From an uncultured Pseudomonadota bacterium (GTDB taxonomy: Bacteria; Desulfobacterota; Binatia; Binatales; Binataceae): 64,000 nucleotides of DNA. A model generated the notes under the pieces. That model did not search any database and was not told the DNA's origin. It worked only from the letters and a program-made list of their open reading frames with translations. Both the position numbers and the translations under genes were made by a program. The stretch covers positions 9,193 to 73,192 of the forward strand of contig CAWCJN010000007.1 in the NCBI GenBank assembly GCA_963795945.1, written 5' to 3'. How positions within the stretch are numbered: the first letter of the stretch is position 1; each line of letters opens with the position of its first letter. Below are positions 48,888 through 59,323 of this stretch, one piece after another.

Positions 48888-49703
48888 ATGGGATTGTGCA
48901 GCCTTTGCCGAAAGATCCGGCCTTTGAAGAAGAGCCACTTTCTAAGTGCTGCTTTGTGGAAAGGCGCAAGAGACCCGCGACTCAAGAATCCCAATCCGGT
49001 GGCTATGACGCGAACGGCCTCCAAAACCAGTTCGAGGCAGATGACAGCTCTTCTGTTATGCGAGGAGTGCGAAGACCTTCTGAACAAAAATGGTGAACGT
49101 TACGTGCTCGATTGGCTGGCCCCCACGCAAGTTGTTAATGGGGGCTTTCCGCTTCTAGAGCGAATGGCTGTTGCCATCGCCCGCTCGGAGACTCCTCACC
49201 TGATTACTTACTCGGGCGCTGACATCGGTATTGATACCGAAAAATTTGCGTATTTCGCGTTGAGTATTTTGTGGCGTGCCTCAGTCCACAGATGGCAATT
49301 GCCCGATGGCAGCTTTGCAAGTCAGATTTCATTGAACGATTACGCGGAACCTGTCAGGAGGTATCTACTCACTGAGGTGCCGTTTCCACATGATATTGCA
49401 GTCGTTCTCACAGTTTGCTCAGACCCGGAGTCGCGTTCTTGCTTATTTAGTCCCTCTCGCCGCGGCGAAACGCCCGTTCGGACTTATAGCTTTCTAGCGC
49501 TGGGCGTTTTCTTTGACATTCTCATTCGACCTAATCTTCCAGATGATTCACGGGAGCTGCCGTGCTGCTTTAACTCCAAAGAAAAGTGGATATTTAGGCG
49601 AGACTGCAGCAACAGAACTTTCCGAGCCTTCGCCTTCCTAGCTGCCACGAGCAGGCCGGCGGCTAATCTATCGCGTCTCAAAGTCTTTAATCGGCGAGAT
49701 TGA
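48888..49703 (+). CDS. Orphan Cys-rich hypothetical protein (271 aa)
   Basis: The N-terminal CSLC....SH and a second CEEC pair suggest a split zinc ribbon. No family recognised. It converges on the maoC-like gene with 1 nt between their ends. Confidence 0.5.
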   Translation: MGLCSLCRKIRPLKKSHFLSAALWKGARDPRLKNPNPVAMTRTASKTSSRQMTALLLCEECEDLLNKNGERYVLDWLAPTQVVNGGFPLLERMAVAIARSETPHLITYSGADIGIDTEKFAYFALSILWRASVHRWQLPDGSFASQISLNDYAEPVRRYLLTEVPFPHDIAVVLTVCSDPESRSCLFSPSRRGETPVRTYSFLALGVFFDILIRPNLPDDSRELPCCFNSKEKWIFRRDCSNRTFRAFAFLAATSRPAANLSRLKVFNRRD

Positions 49704-49704
49704 T

Positions 49705-50583
49705 CTACAACTCGATTGCGCTGGCTGTTCCGACGATCGTCTTTGTCCCGTCGGCCTTCTCGCACCAGACCTCGACCTCGGCGCGAGTGCGTGATCCCTC
49801 TGGGTGCCGCTCGATAATCCGCCCTTTCGCGCCGGAGATTTCGTCGGCCCACAGCACATTGACCAGCCGCAGATCGAATCTGCCACCCACGATAAATCCT
49901 AAACCGAACCGCCGCGTCATCATCTCGGCAATTAGGCACACCGACCACATCCCCTGCACTACGATTTCGGGAAATCCCAATTTATGCGCCGCTTCGCGAT
50001 CGGTGTGATAGTTGAGCGACGGACCGGAGAACGCCATGCACATCGGCTGGGTGATCTGACGTATCGGCGTTTCGATTGCCTCGCCCTCGCGCTTGCCCAC
50101 TTTGAACGTGCGCGCCTTTGACTTCTCGCGTTCACGATCAACCGCAAAGCCACCACTATTCGCCTCAATCAAAAAGCTCTGATGAGTCCGGCTCCGTTGA
50201 ACTACTTGTCCCTCGGCATTCAGTATTAGGCACTCATTCACTATGTATTCGCGATCGCGCTTGACATAGCGATCGACAATTACCGAGCGCGTATGCAGCC
50301 GTTCGCCTTCGCGTATTGGCGCGAAACCCTGCCATTCCTGGCGCACGTGCAGGTTCCCGAAAATATTCGGCAGATACCAGGCCTGCGTGCGGAATACGGC
50401 TGAGTGCATAATCAGCGCCGGGGCAATCACATATCCCAAGGGCGAATTGTCGTGGTACAAGGGATTATCGTCGCCCGTTGACGCAACATAATTCTCGATC
50501 GCGCCGCGATCGATTAATGCTTCAAAGCCGGAATAATCTCGCCCGACATACACTTCGTCCTGCCGATAAACTTCAGTAACCAT
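49705..50583 (-). CDS. MaoC-like (double hot-dog) dehydratase
   Basis: 292 aa. The N-terminal half carries DDNPLYHD, and the C-terminal half carries MCMAFSGPSLNYHTDREAAHKLGFPEIVVQG. Confidence 0.7.
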   Translation of the reverse strand: MVTEVYRQDEVYVGRDYSGFEALIDRGAIENYVASTGDDNPLYHDNSPLGYVIAPALIMHSAVFRTQAWYLPNIFGNLHVRQEWQGFAPIREGERLHTRSVIVDRYVKRDREYIVNECLILNAEGQVVQRSRTHQSFLIEANSGGFAVDREREKSKARTFKVGKREGEAIETPIRQITQPMCMAFSGPSLNYHTDREAAHKLGFPEIVVQGMWSVCLIAEMMTRRFGLGFIVGGRFDLRLVNVLWADEISGAKGRIIERHPEGSRTRAEVEVWCEKADGTKTIVGTASAIEL

Positions 50584-50639
50584 TACTTACTCCGGTATTA
50601 GCTGACGACGGTGATTCTTATGTGTCCGCCGAGATGATC

Positions 50640-51038
50640 TCACTTGCTCTTGACCTTCGCCTCGAAGCGCTGATCGAATTTCGCCCGCTCCAGCACGGCC
50701 CGCGTATGCGTCCCTTCGCCGATCTGCTCCTTCTCATCGAAAGCGCGCACGACGTACTCGACTCGCCGCCCTTCACCGCCGGTAACTTCTGCTTCGGCCC
50801 GCACTTTCCATCCTTCGGGCGTCGCCGCCGTATGCGTTACGTTGACCATCGAGCCGACTGAGAACTCTCCTGGTTCTAGATAGGGCGTAAGGGCGTTGAT
50901 CGCCGCCAGCTCCATCGCGAGGCTCATTTTCGCCGTCGCCAGTACCATCGGCAGCGTCGGCTCGACGGTACCGGCCAAATCCTCGTGCTTAACGATAAAC
51001 TCATAGGCGCCTTTTGCGCCTTTCGATACCGCTTTCAT
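50640..51038 (-). CDS. Hot-dog-fold thioesterase-like protein
   Basis: 132 aa. VLATAKMSLAMELAA...SVGSMVNVTHTAATPEG resembles the FlK/4HBT-like thioesterase arrangement. Confidence 0.55.
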   Translation of the reverse strand: MKAVSKGAKGAYEFIVKHEDLAGTVEPTLPMVLATAKMSLAMELAAINALTPYLEPGEFSVGSMVNVTHTAATPEGWKVRAEAEVTGGEGRRVEYVVRAFDEKEQIGEGTHTRAVLERAKFDQRFEAKVKSK

Positions 51039-51060
51039 CTCGATTTCCCTTTCACGAAGT

Positions 51061-51672
51061 TTACGGCTCGCGACGCAAGCCCATCGCGTCGAGCTTTTTG
51101 ATTATCCATGGAATCCGATCGTTGCCCCAGAACGGCTCACCCGCGACCAAGAGCAGCGGTACGCCGAAGACTCCGTCGCGCTCACCCTCCGCTAAGGCAT
51201 CAGCCAATGCTGCCTGACCTTCGGTCGGGGCGAACCGCCGGAATTCATCCGCATCCATACCCATTTCGGCGATCATTGCGGCGAGGGCATTGACATCTTC
51301 GATATTCAATTCACGCAGAAAGAAGCGCCGGAAAACCTCCGCCGCATACGTGCGAAATTTCCCTTGCCGCTCGGCAAATAAACCGCTGATCAACGCAGTC
51401 CGGCTATCGAACAGCTTCTGCAGCCCGCGGATTATGATCCCACGTTCGCGCGCGAATCGTCGTGCATCATGGTAAAGATAGCGGACCTTGTGCCAATCAC
51501 GCTCCGCGCGCCGCTCCAACGCTCCGCCATATGCGACGAAATCAAAGACATGCGGCACGAACCGGATTTCCACGTGATGCGTTTTCTCCAGCTCGAGTGC
51601 CGGACCGAACGCCAGATAGGTAAACGGACTTTTGAAGTCGTAATAAAATTTGATGGTCTCGGCAGCGGACAT
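51061..51672 (-). CDS. DsbA-like thioredoxin-fold protein (2-hydroxychromene-2-carboxylate isomerase family)
   Basis: IKFYYDFKSPFTYLA at the N-terminus and GVFGVPLLLVAGEPFWGNDRI at the C-terminus. Confidence 0.75.
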   Translation of the reverse strand: MSAAETIKFYYDFKSPFTYLAFGPALELEKTHHVEIRFVPHVFDFVAYGGALERRAERDWHKVRYLYHDARRFARERGIIIRGLQKLFDSRTALISGLFAERQGKFRTYAAEVFRRFFLRELNIEDVNALAAMIAEMGMDADEFRRFAPTEGQAALADALAEGERDGVFGVPLLLVAGEPFWGNDRIPWIIKKLDAMGLRREP

Positions 51673-51804
51673 TGTTCTATCGATAGCCGAAATTCGCCTG
51701 CCGCACAAAACTGGTTCGACAGACTTCTATTCACGCGCACGCCGATTCGGTAGCCTGCCGCGCATGTCTAAGTGTATTAACCTGCTGACCGCTTGTTCGT
51801 ATCA

Positions 51805-52770
51805 ATGAAGATTCGCGCGCTCGATCCATCCCGCGCGACGACCCGCAAGCTCGCGACGCTCTCGCGCAAGGTCGAGCGCAACCAGTTCGCAATTCCCCTT
51901 GCAGCCGGCGCATCGCTCGCCGATTTTTTCGCCGCATTGCCTGATGTCCTCGCGGCACGCGACCTTCGCGATCTCGCTCGCCGCGTCGCGACCGCTCATC
52001 GCGCCAAGCGGATGGTGCTGCTGCAAATGGGCGCGCATCCGATCAAAGTCGGCCTCGGTCCAATTATCTGCTCGATGATTCGCGATGGCATCATCACCGG
52101 TTTCGCCGCCAACGGCGCAGCTATGATCCATGACTTCGAGCTGGCCTATGCTGGCCGGACTTCGGAAGATGTCGGCGCCGGGCTGGTCGATGGCAGCTTT
52201 GGAATGGCTGAAGAAACCGGCGCTTTGCTGAATGAATTCGCAAAGTCCGCCCATCAGGAGGGGCGCGGTTATGGCGAGGTCGTCGGGCGAGAAATTCTAA
52301 AGCGCAACTTTAAGTTTTGCCGTACCAGCATTTTCGCCACGGCGTACGAAGTCGGCATCCCGGCGACAATTCACGTCGCGCTCGGCTCTGACATTATTCA
52401 TATGCATCCCGCGGCTGACGGCGCGGCGATCGGTGCGGCGACAATGGCGGATTTTCATCGTCTTGCCGCGACCGTGAGCAAACTCTCTCGCGGCGTCGTG
52501 ATCAATCTTGGCTCGGCGGTGCTCATGCCTGAGGTCTTTATGAAGGCCTTGAATCTCGCGCGTAATCTCGGTCGTAAAATCGATTCGTTCACCGCGGCCG
52601 ACATGGATTTCATCCGTCAGTACCGCCCGCGCATGAACGTGGTCGAGCGCCCGACCATAGGCGGCGGCAAAGGTATCATGCTCACCGGTCATCACGAGCT
52701 GATGTTCCCGCTGCTCGCCGCCGCCATCAGGGAGGAAATGTCCCGCCCTCCCGCACGCCCGGGAAAATAA
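51805..52770 (+). CDS. Conserved hypothetical protein (family not recognised)
   Basis: A 321-aa clean ORF with coding-like composition. I am not confident in the weak resemblance to DHS-like/Rossmann proteins. Confidence 0.5.
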   Translation: MKIRALDPSRATTRKLATLSRKVERNQFAIPLAAGASLADFFAALPDVLAARDLRDLARRVATAHRAKRMVLLQMGAHPIKVGLGPIICSMIRDGIITGFAANGAAMIHDFELAYAGRTSEDVGAGLVDGSFGMAEETGALLNEFAKSAHQEGRGYGEVVGREILKRNFKFCRTSIFATAYEVGIPATIHVALGSDIIHMHPAADGAAIGAATMADFHRLAATVSKLSRGVVINLGSAVLMPEVFMKALNLARNLGRKIDSFTAADMDFIRQYRPRMNVVERPTIGGGKGIMLTGHHELMFPLLAAAIREEMSRPPARPGK

Positions 52771-52826
52771 CTTGGCGACGTTACTTTAGGATCTTTTGCT
52801 TCTGAATGGAGTGAGCATTTCGACCG

Positions 52827-53662
52827 ATGAAGCTGCCGACCTATGATAAACTGCTTTGGCCAACCCTTCTGGTCCTTCGACAAACCGGCGGCTCAGCTTC
52901 GAATCAGGAGCTACTGACCCGCGTCGTCGAAATCATGAACTTGCCCGAAGAAGTCCAAAACACACTTCACAGCGACGGACCAATGACCGAGGTTAATTAC
53001 CGCCTTCATTTGGCTCGAACTTATGTGCGAAAGGTGAACGCTATCGAGAGTAGTCAGCGAGCAGTGTGGAGTATTATTCCATACGGCCAAACATTGACCG
53101 AAGCCGATTGCTGCAAGATCCCTGTACGAGTGCGCCAGCTGGATCGGCAAACTCCCCCAGCGCAGAAGAAGAGAGCGATGGTGAAGGTGAGGAGACCTGG
53201 AGAGAGCGCCTGTTATCTGCGCTCCAAGCCATAACGCCCGGTGCGTTCGAGCGCCTCGCCCAACGGATTCTACGCGAGTCGGGGTTCGTGACCGTCGAGG
53301 TTGCGGGAAAATCAGGGGACGGCGGCATCGACGGAATCGGCGTACTTCGTGTCAATTTACTTTCGTTCCGCATGTTGTTTCAGTGTAAGCGTTATAGTGG
53401 ACCCGTAAGCGCCGGAGCTATCCGCGATTTTCGCGGCGCAATGGTCGGACGTACGGACAAGGGTATCGTGATAACAACCTCGAGCTTCTCAGCCGACGCG
53501 AAGAAGGAAGCTACTCGCGACGGGGCACCGCCTATCGACCTGATCGACGGCGAACAACTCTACGATCTGCTCAAGGCTCTTAGACTCGGTGTACGCATAG
53601 AACAGGTCGAGCGTATAAGCGTAATGCCGGACTCGTTCAAGCAATTTGAGGACGCAAGGTGA
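52827..53662 (+). pseudogene. mrr: Mrr-type restriction endonuclease, frameshifted in the linker
   Basis: The Mrr_N winged helix (MKLPTYDKLLWPTLLVL) is in ORF 52827..53234. The Mrr_cat core (FERLAQRILRESGF..SGDGGIDGIG...FQCKRY) is in ORF 53066..53662. One extra C in the C5 run at 53154-53158 would join them. Confidence 0.8.
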
Positions 53663-53729
53663 TCATTATGAAAAGATCGAGTTAGGCAACTACTATGTAC
53701 TAACATGGATATTAGCTCACTGCTGCTAA

Positions 53730-56168
53730 TCAGGGATTACTTACCGTTACCGAGATCGATGAAGACCCCATGATTGTGCCGGTGCCCTCCTGATGCGCCC
53801 GCACCGTCAACGTATGCGCTCCATTGCCGACCTTCGTCGAGTCCCATGTGATCTGCTGGTAATGGCCCGCGTCATTGAGGCCGGTAGATACCCCATCCAC
53901 CTGCAGTTCATTCCACCAGTCATTAGTAACCGAGAGATTAGTCGATATCGTTACGCTCACTGAACCTGATATCGACCGCCATTAAGCGGTGCGATGATTT
54001 GATAAGTCGATACAGGTGTTCCTGTCGGCGTTGGAGTCGGTACACCATTGCTGATCGTCACTGAGATAGACGCTGAAGCTATAACAGCGCCGGTGCTCTC
54101 CTGATACGCACGTAAAGTCAACGTGTGAAGCCCATTACTCACTTTGGTCGAATCCCAGATGATTTGCTGATAATGTCCAGTATCTGTCAGTCCCGTTGAT
54201 ACGCCGTCCACCTGCAGATCGTTCCACCAATCATTAGTTAGTGATAAGGTGGTCGAAATCGTGATATTGACCGAACCGGATGTCGTTGCGCCATTGAGCG
54301 GCGCAGTAATCTGATACGTCGAATTCGGTGTACTCGTTGGTGTTGGAGTCGGAGTCGGGCCGCCATTGCTGACCGTTACTGAAATTGAAGTAGATGCCGT
54401 TATAGTTCCAGTGCTCTCTTGATGCGCCAGCACCGTCAAGGTGTGCTGGCCATTGGGTACCGTGGTCGAGTTCCAGATGATCTGTTGATAATGTCCGGCA
54501 TCGTTTAGGCCGGTCGATACCCCATCTACCTGCAGTTCATTCCACCAGTCATTGCTTGTCGAAAGATTAGTTGAAATCGTAATCGTAGCGGAGCCTGAAA
54601 TCGTTGCACCACTCACCGGCGAGGTGATCTGAAAGGTCGTACCCGTGCTGCTGGTAGATGTAGGCGTTGGCGTGGAACCATTGATGCTCGAAGTGGAGAT
54701 TAGTTGATTGATTACGTTGCGGGTGATCTGCTGCGCAACGGCATTTACCAGCGAGGTTGATGAACCCCCTGGGCTGATATCGCTCAACCCCCACTCCCAT
54801 TCGATGCTCCCGAAGTCAAAGACGGTTGAACCGCTTGCCGAGGAGTACACTGTCATGTCACCGTAATAGGTCGCGCCATTCAGGGTATATGGCGAGTGAG
54901 TCACTAGCTGTGTGTTCACCGGCGTGGTCGCATCCGCAACCATCTCGTCCACTTCGTAACCAAGAAGTCCGGCAAGCATGTTGCCGTTATTCAGCCCGGT
55001 GTTGGCAAATACCCAGCTCGGTGACAAGCCGCTAATCAGCACGTTTCCGTTTACCGGCTCGAATCCATTATACATCTCGCCCAACAGAGCGTCTTCAGGT
55101 AACGCGGGCGCGCTCATATATCCTTCGCGCCACATATTCGTCACCAGGTAATAAGTTGCCGGATTGGCCGTATTGGGATCACTCGACAAATTCTTATCCT
55201 TGTAACAGACCACCACTCGATCGGTAGCGCCGGTAGCCACGCTCGGCTCCAGACGAATTCTCCAGTAAACGTCGTTCGCGCCCATAAAGCCGAGGCTGAC
55301 GCCGGAATCGCGTGCGCTCTGCACGTTTTGCCGCATCTGCCACGACCAATACTCGTCATGCCCAATCGTTAGAAATACCTTATGTAGCAATAGGCTCTGC
55401 GCGTTTTCGTGGGTATCGATGCTGGTTGAATAGGTTACGTCGTCGCCGTCCTCTTCCAGGAAAGCGATCCCGTCGAACTCGTAGCTTAGAAAATTCCCGG
55501 TACCCCATCCATTATCGTATGGGCGATTGAACGAAACTTTGACAGCTTCAGAATTGTTGCTGCTGTTGAAGTCATAAAGCGACTTGCTACCATAGGCATT
55601 ATACGCTTCAGAAGTGATCGCTGGCTCCTGCATCAAGATGTTTGAGGCTCGGCTGTCTTCGAACGACAAAAATTATGTAGCTCTGCTTTCCGGAGTTCGT
55701 CCCAGTGAGCTTGGCTAGATAGATGCCGCTTAACCACTTCGATGAATCCGAAGGGTCCTGCGTAGTGACTGTATATGGATTAGTCCAGTTGCAATCGACT
55801 ACCCCTGTGACTGGATCGGGCGCGGGCACTATCTGCTGAATTCCCGTTCGCGTTACCGCCGTGGTCATCCGCCGTCCACCTAATCCTCCATACCAGCCGT
55901 TCGAAAAATCTCGATCGTGTATGACGGATCAGTAGTGTTCACAAAGAAGCTGATCTGACTCCTGCGATTGACGCTGGTATGAGGCGTATCCTTCAATCTC
56001 ATGATTGCTGGCCGGATTCGACAGCATCCAATCTGTGGTCCCGGGCAGCGCATTCTCGATCTGAATCAGATTGCTACTCTGCTGCCCGCCCGCCGCCAAT
56101 GTCAGAAAGGTGAGAAGGATAAGTATTAGCGCGACAGCAAAACGACGAGACCCCGCATTCCACGTCAT
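53730..56168 (-). pseudogene. Secreted N,N-dimethylformamidase-beta-subunit-like domain protein with C-terminal Ig-like repeats, at least 4 frameshifts
   Basis: Signal peptide, then IENALPGTTDW..HEIEGYAS, (shift) TSVNRRSQISFFVNTTDPSYTIEIF, (shift) GWYGGLGGRR...YLAKLTG..QSYIIFVVR, (shift) SRASNILMQEPAITSEAYNAYG...GHDEYWSWQMR, and three repeats with a further shift near 53975-53982. Confidence 0.65.
53733..54637 (-). repeat. Three tandem coding repeats of about 312-318 bp (Ig-like modules with PT-rich linkers)
   Basis: Units start at 54637, 54319 and 54007 on the minus strand. Each encodes T(F/Y)QI..P..G...SGS..ITIST.L...NDWWN.LQVDGVSTGL.D.GHYQQI.W.ST.V.NG.HTLT..A.QE.TG, followed by TPTPT. Confidence 0.85.
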
Positions 56169-56182
56169 CCTCTCCACCTTCC

Positions 56183-56224
56183 TCCGCCACTACTCAAACG
56201 AGATCCGCCACTACTCAAACGAGA
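56183..56224. repeat. Perfect 21-bp tandem duplication in the leader of the DMF-like gene
   Basis: TCCGCCACTACTCAAACGAGA occurs twice (56183-56203 and 56204-56224), 15 nt upstream of the ATG at 56168. Confidence 0.95.
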
Positions 56225-56505
56225 GCTGAACGGTTGCTAATCTATATACTCGATATTCCACAGAGTTTAAGTGATGGAGATAAGAATCGTAAAGAATTTA
56301 ATGTTATTTGTAACGTTAAAATCAGCCCTAAGAATTTGTTTTAACGCGCGCCGCAAAAATCTAGTTCGCGTCTGTTCAGAAGAGACCGCAGCGGCGTGAC
56401 CTACCCAAAAATGTATCGATGCCGGCAATCGACCCGCAAAATCGTATATAAGATTCTATCATCGCTATTCCGCCGCGATGTCGAGCCTGTCAGATTAGAT
56501 TCTCG

Positions 56506-56988
56506 ATGAGCTCGCAACGCCCTTCATGGGATCAATACTTTATGACGATCACGCAGCAGGTCGCGGAACGCTCGACCTGCACGCGCGCCAAAGTCGGCGC
56601 AGTGATCGTCCGTGACCGCAGCATTCTCGCGACCGGCTATAACGGCGCACCCGCCGGATTATCCCACTGCCTCGACGTTGGATGTTTAATTTATGAGTCG
56701 CGCACGCCGGATGGCGAAATTGAGCAGAATTGCTATCGCACAATTCATGCGGAGATCAACGCGATCACGCAGGCGGCGCGTAATGGTAGCGCGATCCGCG
56801 ACGCCGACATCTATATCACCCATACCCCCTGCATTCATTGCCTTAAGGTCTTGATTAACACTAGTATCCGCAACGTTTATTACGAGAAGCCCTACAAGCT
56901 GCATACTATTTCCGATCTGCTTGCCCACGCGCGAATCAAATTGGTTGAGATCGAACCCGGACCCGGACTTTCAGATGTCTCCCGATAA
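56506..56988 (+). CDS. Deoxycytidylate (dCMP) deaminase
   Basis: [21 protein letters not shown] and PCIHCLKVL form the CDA zinc motifs. Confidence 0.9.
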   Translation: MSSQRPSWDQYFMTITQQVAERSTCTRAKVGAVIVRDRSILATGYNGAPAGLSHCLDVGCLIYESRTPDGEIEQNCYRTIHAEINAITQAARNGSAIRDADIYITHTPCIHCLKVLINTSIRNVYYEKPYKLHTISDLLAHARIKLVEIEPGPGLSDVSR

Positions 56989-57448
56989 TCTCACCCCAAA
57001 TTGCGGCATCTGCGCGCTGATCGAGCGCATCCGTGCCGGAGCATTTCCTGACTTCATCGCAGAACTTCCAAGAAGTTGGATGATCCTCGGTGACGCGCAA
57101 TTCTATCGCGGATATTGTGTACTGTTTGCCAAGCGCCATGTCACCGAGCTTCACTTGATGCCTCGTGGCGAAACCTACGAATTACTTGACGAGATGTTGG
57201 CCACAGGTCGCGCGATCAGCGCCATTACTTCGCCGCTCAAACTAAATTACGAATGTCTCGGTAATCAAGAGCCGCACGTCCATTGGCACATTTTTCCGCG
57301 ATATTCGGATGATCCCATGCGCCTGCAGCCGGTCTGGTTGCGACCTGAATCGGAACGCAAAGTAATACTTGAAGATTTTGCGCGTGACCAGTTGCGCGCG
57401 GTGCTCCGCACCGAATTGATGCGTATTCTCCCGACCGCTCGCTGGTAA
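56975..57448 (+). CDS. HIT-family hydrolase
   Basis: Histidine-triad variant [10 protein letters not shown]-terminal CGICALI. It overlaps the deaminase end by 14 nt. Confidence 0.8.
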   Translation: MSPDNLTPNCGICALIERIRAGAFPDFIAELPRSWMILGDAQFYRGYCVLFAKRHVTELHLMPRGETYELLDEMLATGRAISAITSPLKLNYECLGNQEPHVHWHIFPRYSDDPMRLQPVWLRPESERKVILEDFARDQLRAVLRTELMRILPTARW

Positions 57449-57490
57449 GTTGCCGTCCGTCCCGTCTTACTCAAAGCCTTCGAAGCCAAT

Positions 57491-57772
57491 ATGGTGAAGA
57501 AGCTTTTTTGGATACTTATTACAGGATTAGGTGTGCTGCTCGGTTGCGCGAAATCGATGCCGGATCAAAGATCACCCGGAGCGCAACTGTACCTCACCCG
57601 CTGCGGTTCATGTCATCAACCCTATGCACCGCAGTCACTTACGGCGGCAATGTGGGAAATACAGATTGCAGCGATGCAGGATAAAATCATCGCCGCCGGA
57701 CAGTCACCGCTCACTTCCACTGAAAAGGCGGGAATTTTGGAATATCTGAAGCGTAATGCCGGAACCCAGTGA
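57491..57772 (+). CDS. Small c-type cytochrome lipoprotein
   Basis: Lipobox LLGC and a single CGSCH heme-binding motif. 93 aa. Confidence 0.65.
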   Translation: MVKKLFWILITGLGVLLGCAKSMPDQRSPGAQLYLTRCGSCHQPYAPQSLTAAMWEIQIAAMQDKIIAAGQSPLTSTEKAGILEYLKRNAGTQ

Positions 57773-57850
57773 CCTGAATTTCATTATGCATCCGCCTTCA
57801 TAGTAATCTGTGCTACGACTGAATAAGTCTTCGCCTCCAGAGGGATCACT

Positions 57851-58722
57851 ATGAAGCTCGTCACCTTCACCCATCGAGACTCGACGCGTGTCGGCGTCGT
57901 CAAAGACGATTCCATTGCTGATATTTGCACCACCGATCCAAGTATCCCCCGCGACATGATCAATTTCCTGAGTGGCGGCAATTTGATGCTGGCGATGGCT
58001 CGCCGCGCTGCCGCAAGTGCCTCAACGGTTCCGCTCGCCAGCGTTAAGCTTGAAGCGCCCGTGCGCCGTCCCCTGAGTTTCTTGCCGTCGGACTAAATTA
58101 CGCTGATCACATCGCTGAGACCGGGATGGCCAAGCCCACATTTCCGATCTTCTTTAACAAGCAATCCAGTTGCGTTAATCCCCCTTACGATCCCATCCAA
58201 TTACCGCGCGCTTCCGAGGCGCTTGATTATGAAGGCGAACTCGGGTTTGTGATAGGCCGGCGATGCCGCCACGTGCCCAAAGATCGCGCGCATGAAGTGA
58301 TCGCGGGCTATTTCATCGTCAATGACGTGAGTGTTCGGGACTGGCAGCGCCGTGCGCAAACCATGACATTGGGGAAATCTTTTGATACTCACGGGCCGAC
58401 TGGACCGTGGATCGTAACGCCTGACGAAATTGACGATCCGCATGCGCTCGAGCTCAAGACCTTCGTCAATGGCGAACTGCGCCAGCATTCCAACACGCGC
58501 AATTTAATCTTCAGCTGTTTCGAGCAGGTCGAGATTCTCTCGACGGTTTTCACGCTGGAACCCGGTACCTTGATCTCAACCGGCACGCCAAGCGGCGTCG
58601 CGGCGGCTATGAAGCCGCCGAAATGGCTCAAAGCCGGCGACGTCGTCCGCATCGAAATCGAGAAGATCGGTCATTTGGAGCATCACGTCATTGCGGAGCC
58701 GGCCGACAGCGCGCGAATCTGA
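57851..58722 (+). pseudogene. Fumarylacetoacetate hydrolase (FAH) family protein, single frameshift
   Basis: ORFs 57851..58096 and 58126..58722. One extra C in the C4 run at 58070-58073 gives ...VRRPPEFLAVGLNYADHIAETGMAKP..., continuous with DYEGELGFVIGRR and GTPSGV. Confidence 0.8.
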
Positions 58723-58747
58723 CGCCGGTAGGTGGTTCTGCGTTGGC

Positions 58748-59305
58748 TCACAGCCTGAGCGCGGACTGACCGCCATCGTAAAAGAGTCGGCCATCGCGGA
58801 CCGTCGCAAAATCCGGCAATTCGTGTGATGCTAGTTTGCCACCAGGTAAGATGTGTTCGACCTCCCATCCGGCGATTAGCAGATGGTCCGCGATGATCCG
58901 TCGATGGCATTGCCACCATAGGCCTTCCGAACACATTATCGCAGTGGGATGTCGGGCGGCGGTTCGGGTCAAGTTGGCAAGCCCGTCGGAGAATTCCGGT
59001 CCGTCGGCGTAATCGGCGTACGCACGGAAGGCCGCGACTTTCCACGCTGAATGCGGCGAATCGACGCGCTTCGACCGACGCCGCCCGCCCAGCAATTTTA
59101 ACCATTGATACTCGATGTTGATACTGCCGAGAGCTTCCCGCAGTGCATCCTGGTTGAACTGCGGCCAGCGCCGCGATGATGGATAGGAGCGCGCGTCAGC
59201 GAGGACTTCGATCTGATGCTGCCTGAGCAGCTCGGTGAACTCTTCGATCGGATGAGTCGAATGGCCGATGGTATAGAGGATTTTGCGATTCGTTGAGCGT
59301 GGCAT
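58748..59305 (-). CDS. DUF488-family protein
   Basis: ILYTIGHSTHPIEEF..LL....I..L.D.R and CSEGLWWQCHRR are DUF488 signatures. Confidence 0.8.
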   Translation of the reverse strand: MPRSTNRKILYTIGHSTHPIEEFTELLRQHQIEVLADARSYPSSRRWPQFNQDALREALGSINIEYQWLKLLGGRRRSKRVDSPHSAWKVAAFRAYADYADGPEFSDGLANLTRTAARHPTAIMCSEGLWWQCHRRIIADHLLIAGWEVEHILPGGKLASHELPDFATVRDGRLFYDGGQSALRL

Positions 59306-59323
59306 CTTGCCTCGCTCCATTCC

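Noticed and set aside
53733-54637. Regular ~315-bp repeats, and the small tandem repeats at 18905, 30533, 56183 and 61225, considered as possible CRISPR arrays
   Set aside because: The units are contiguous with no unique spacers. They are either coding modules or simple two-copy duplications, and no cas genes are present.
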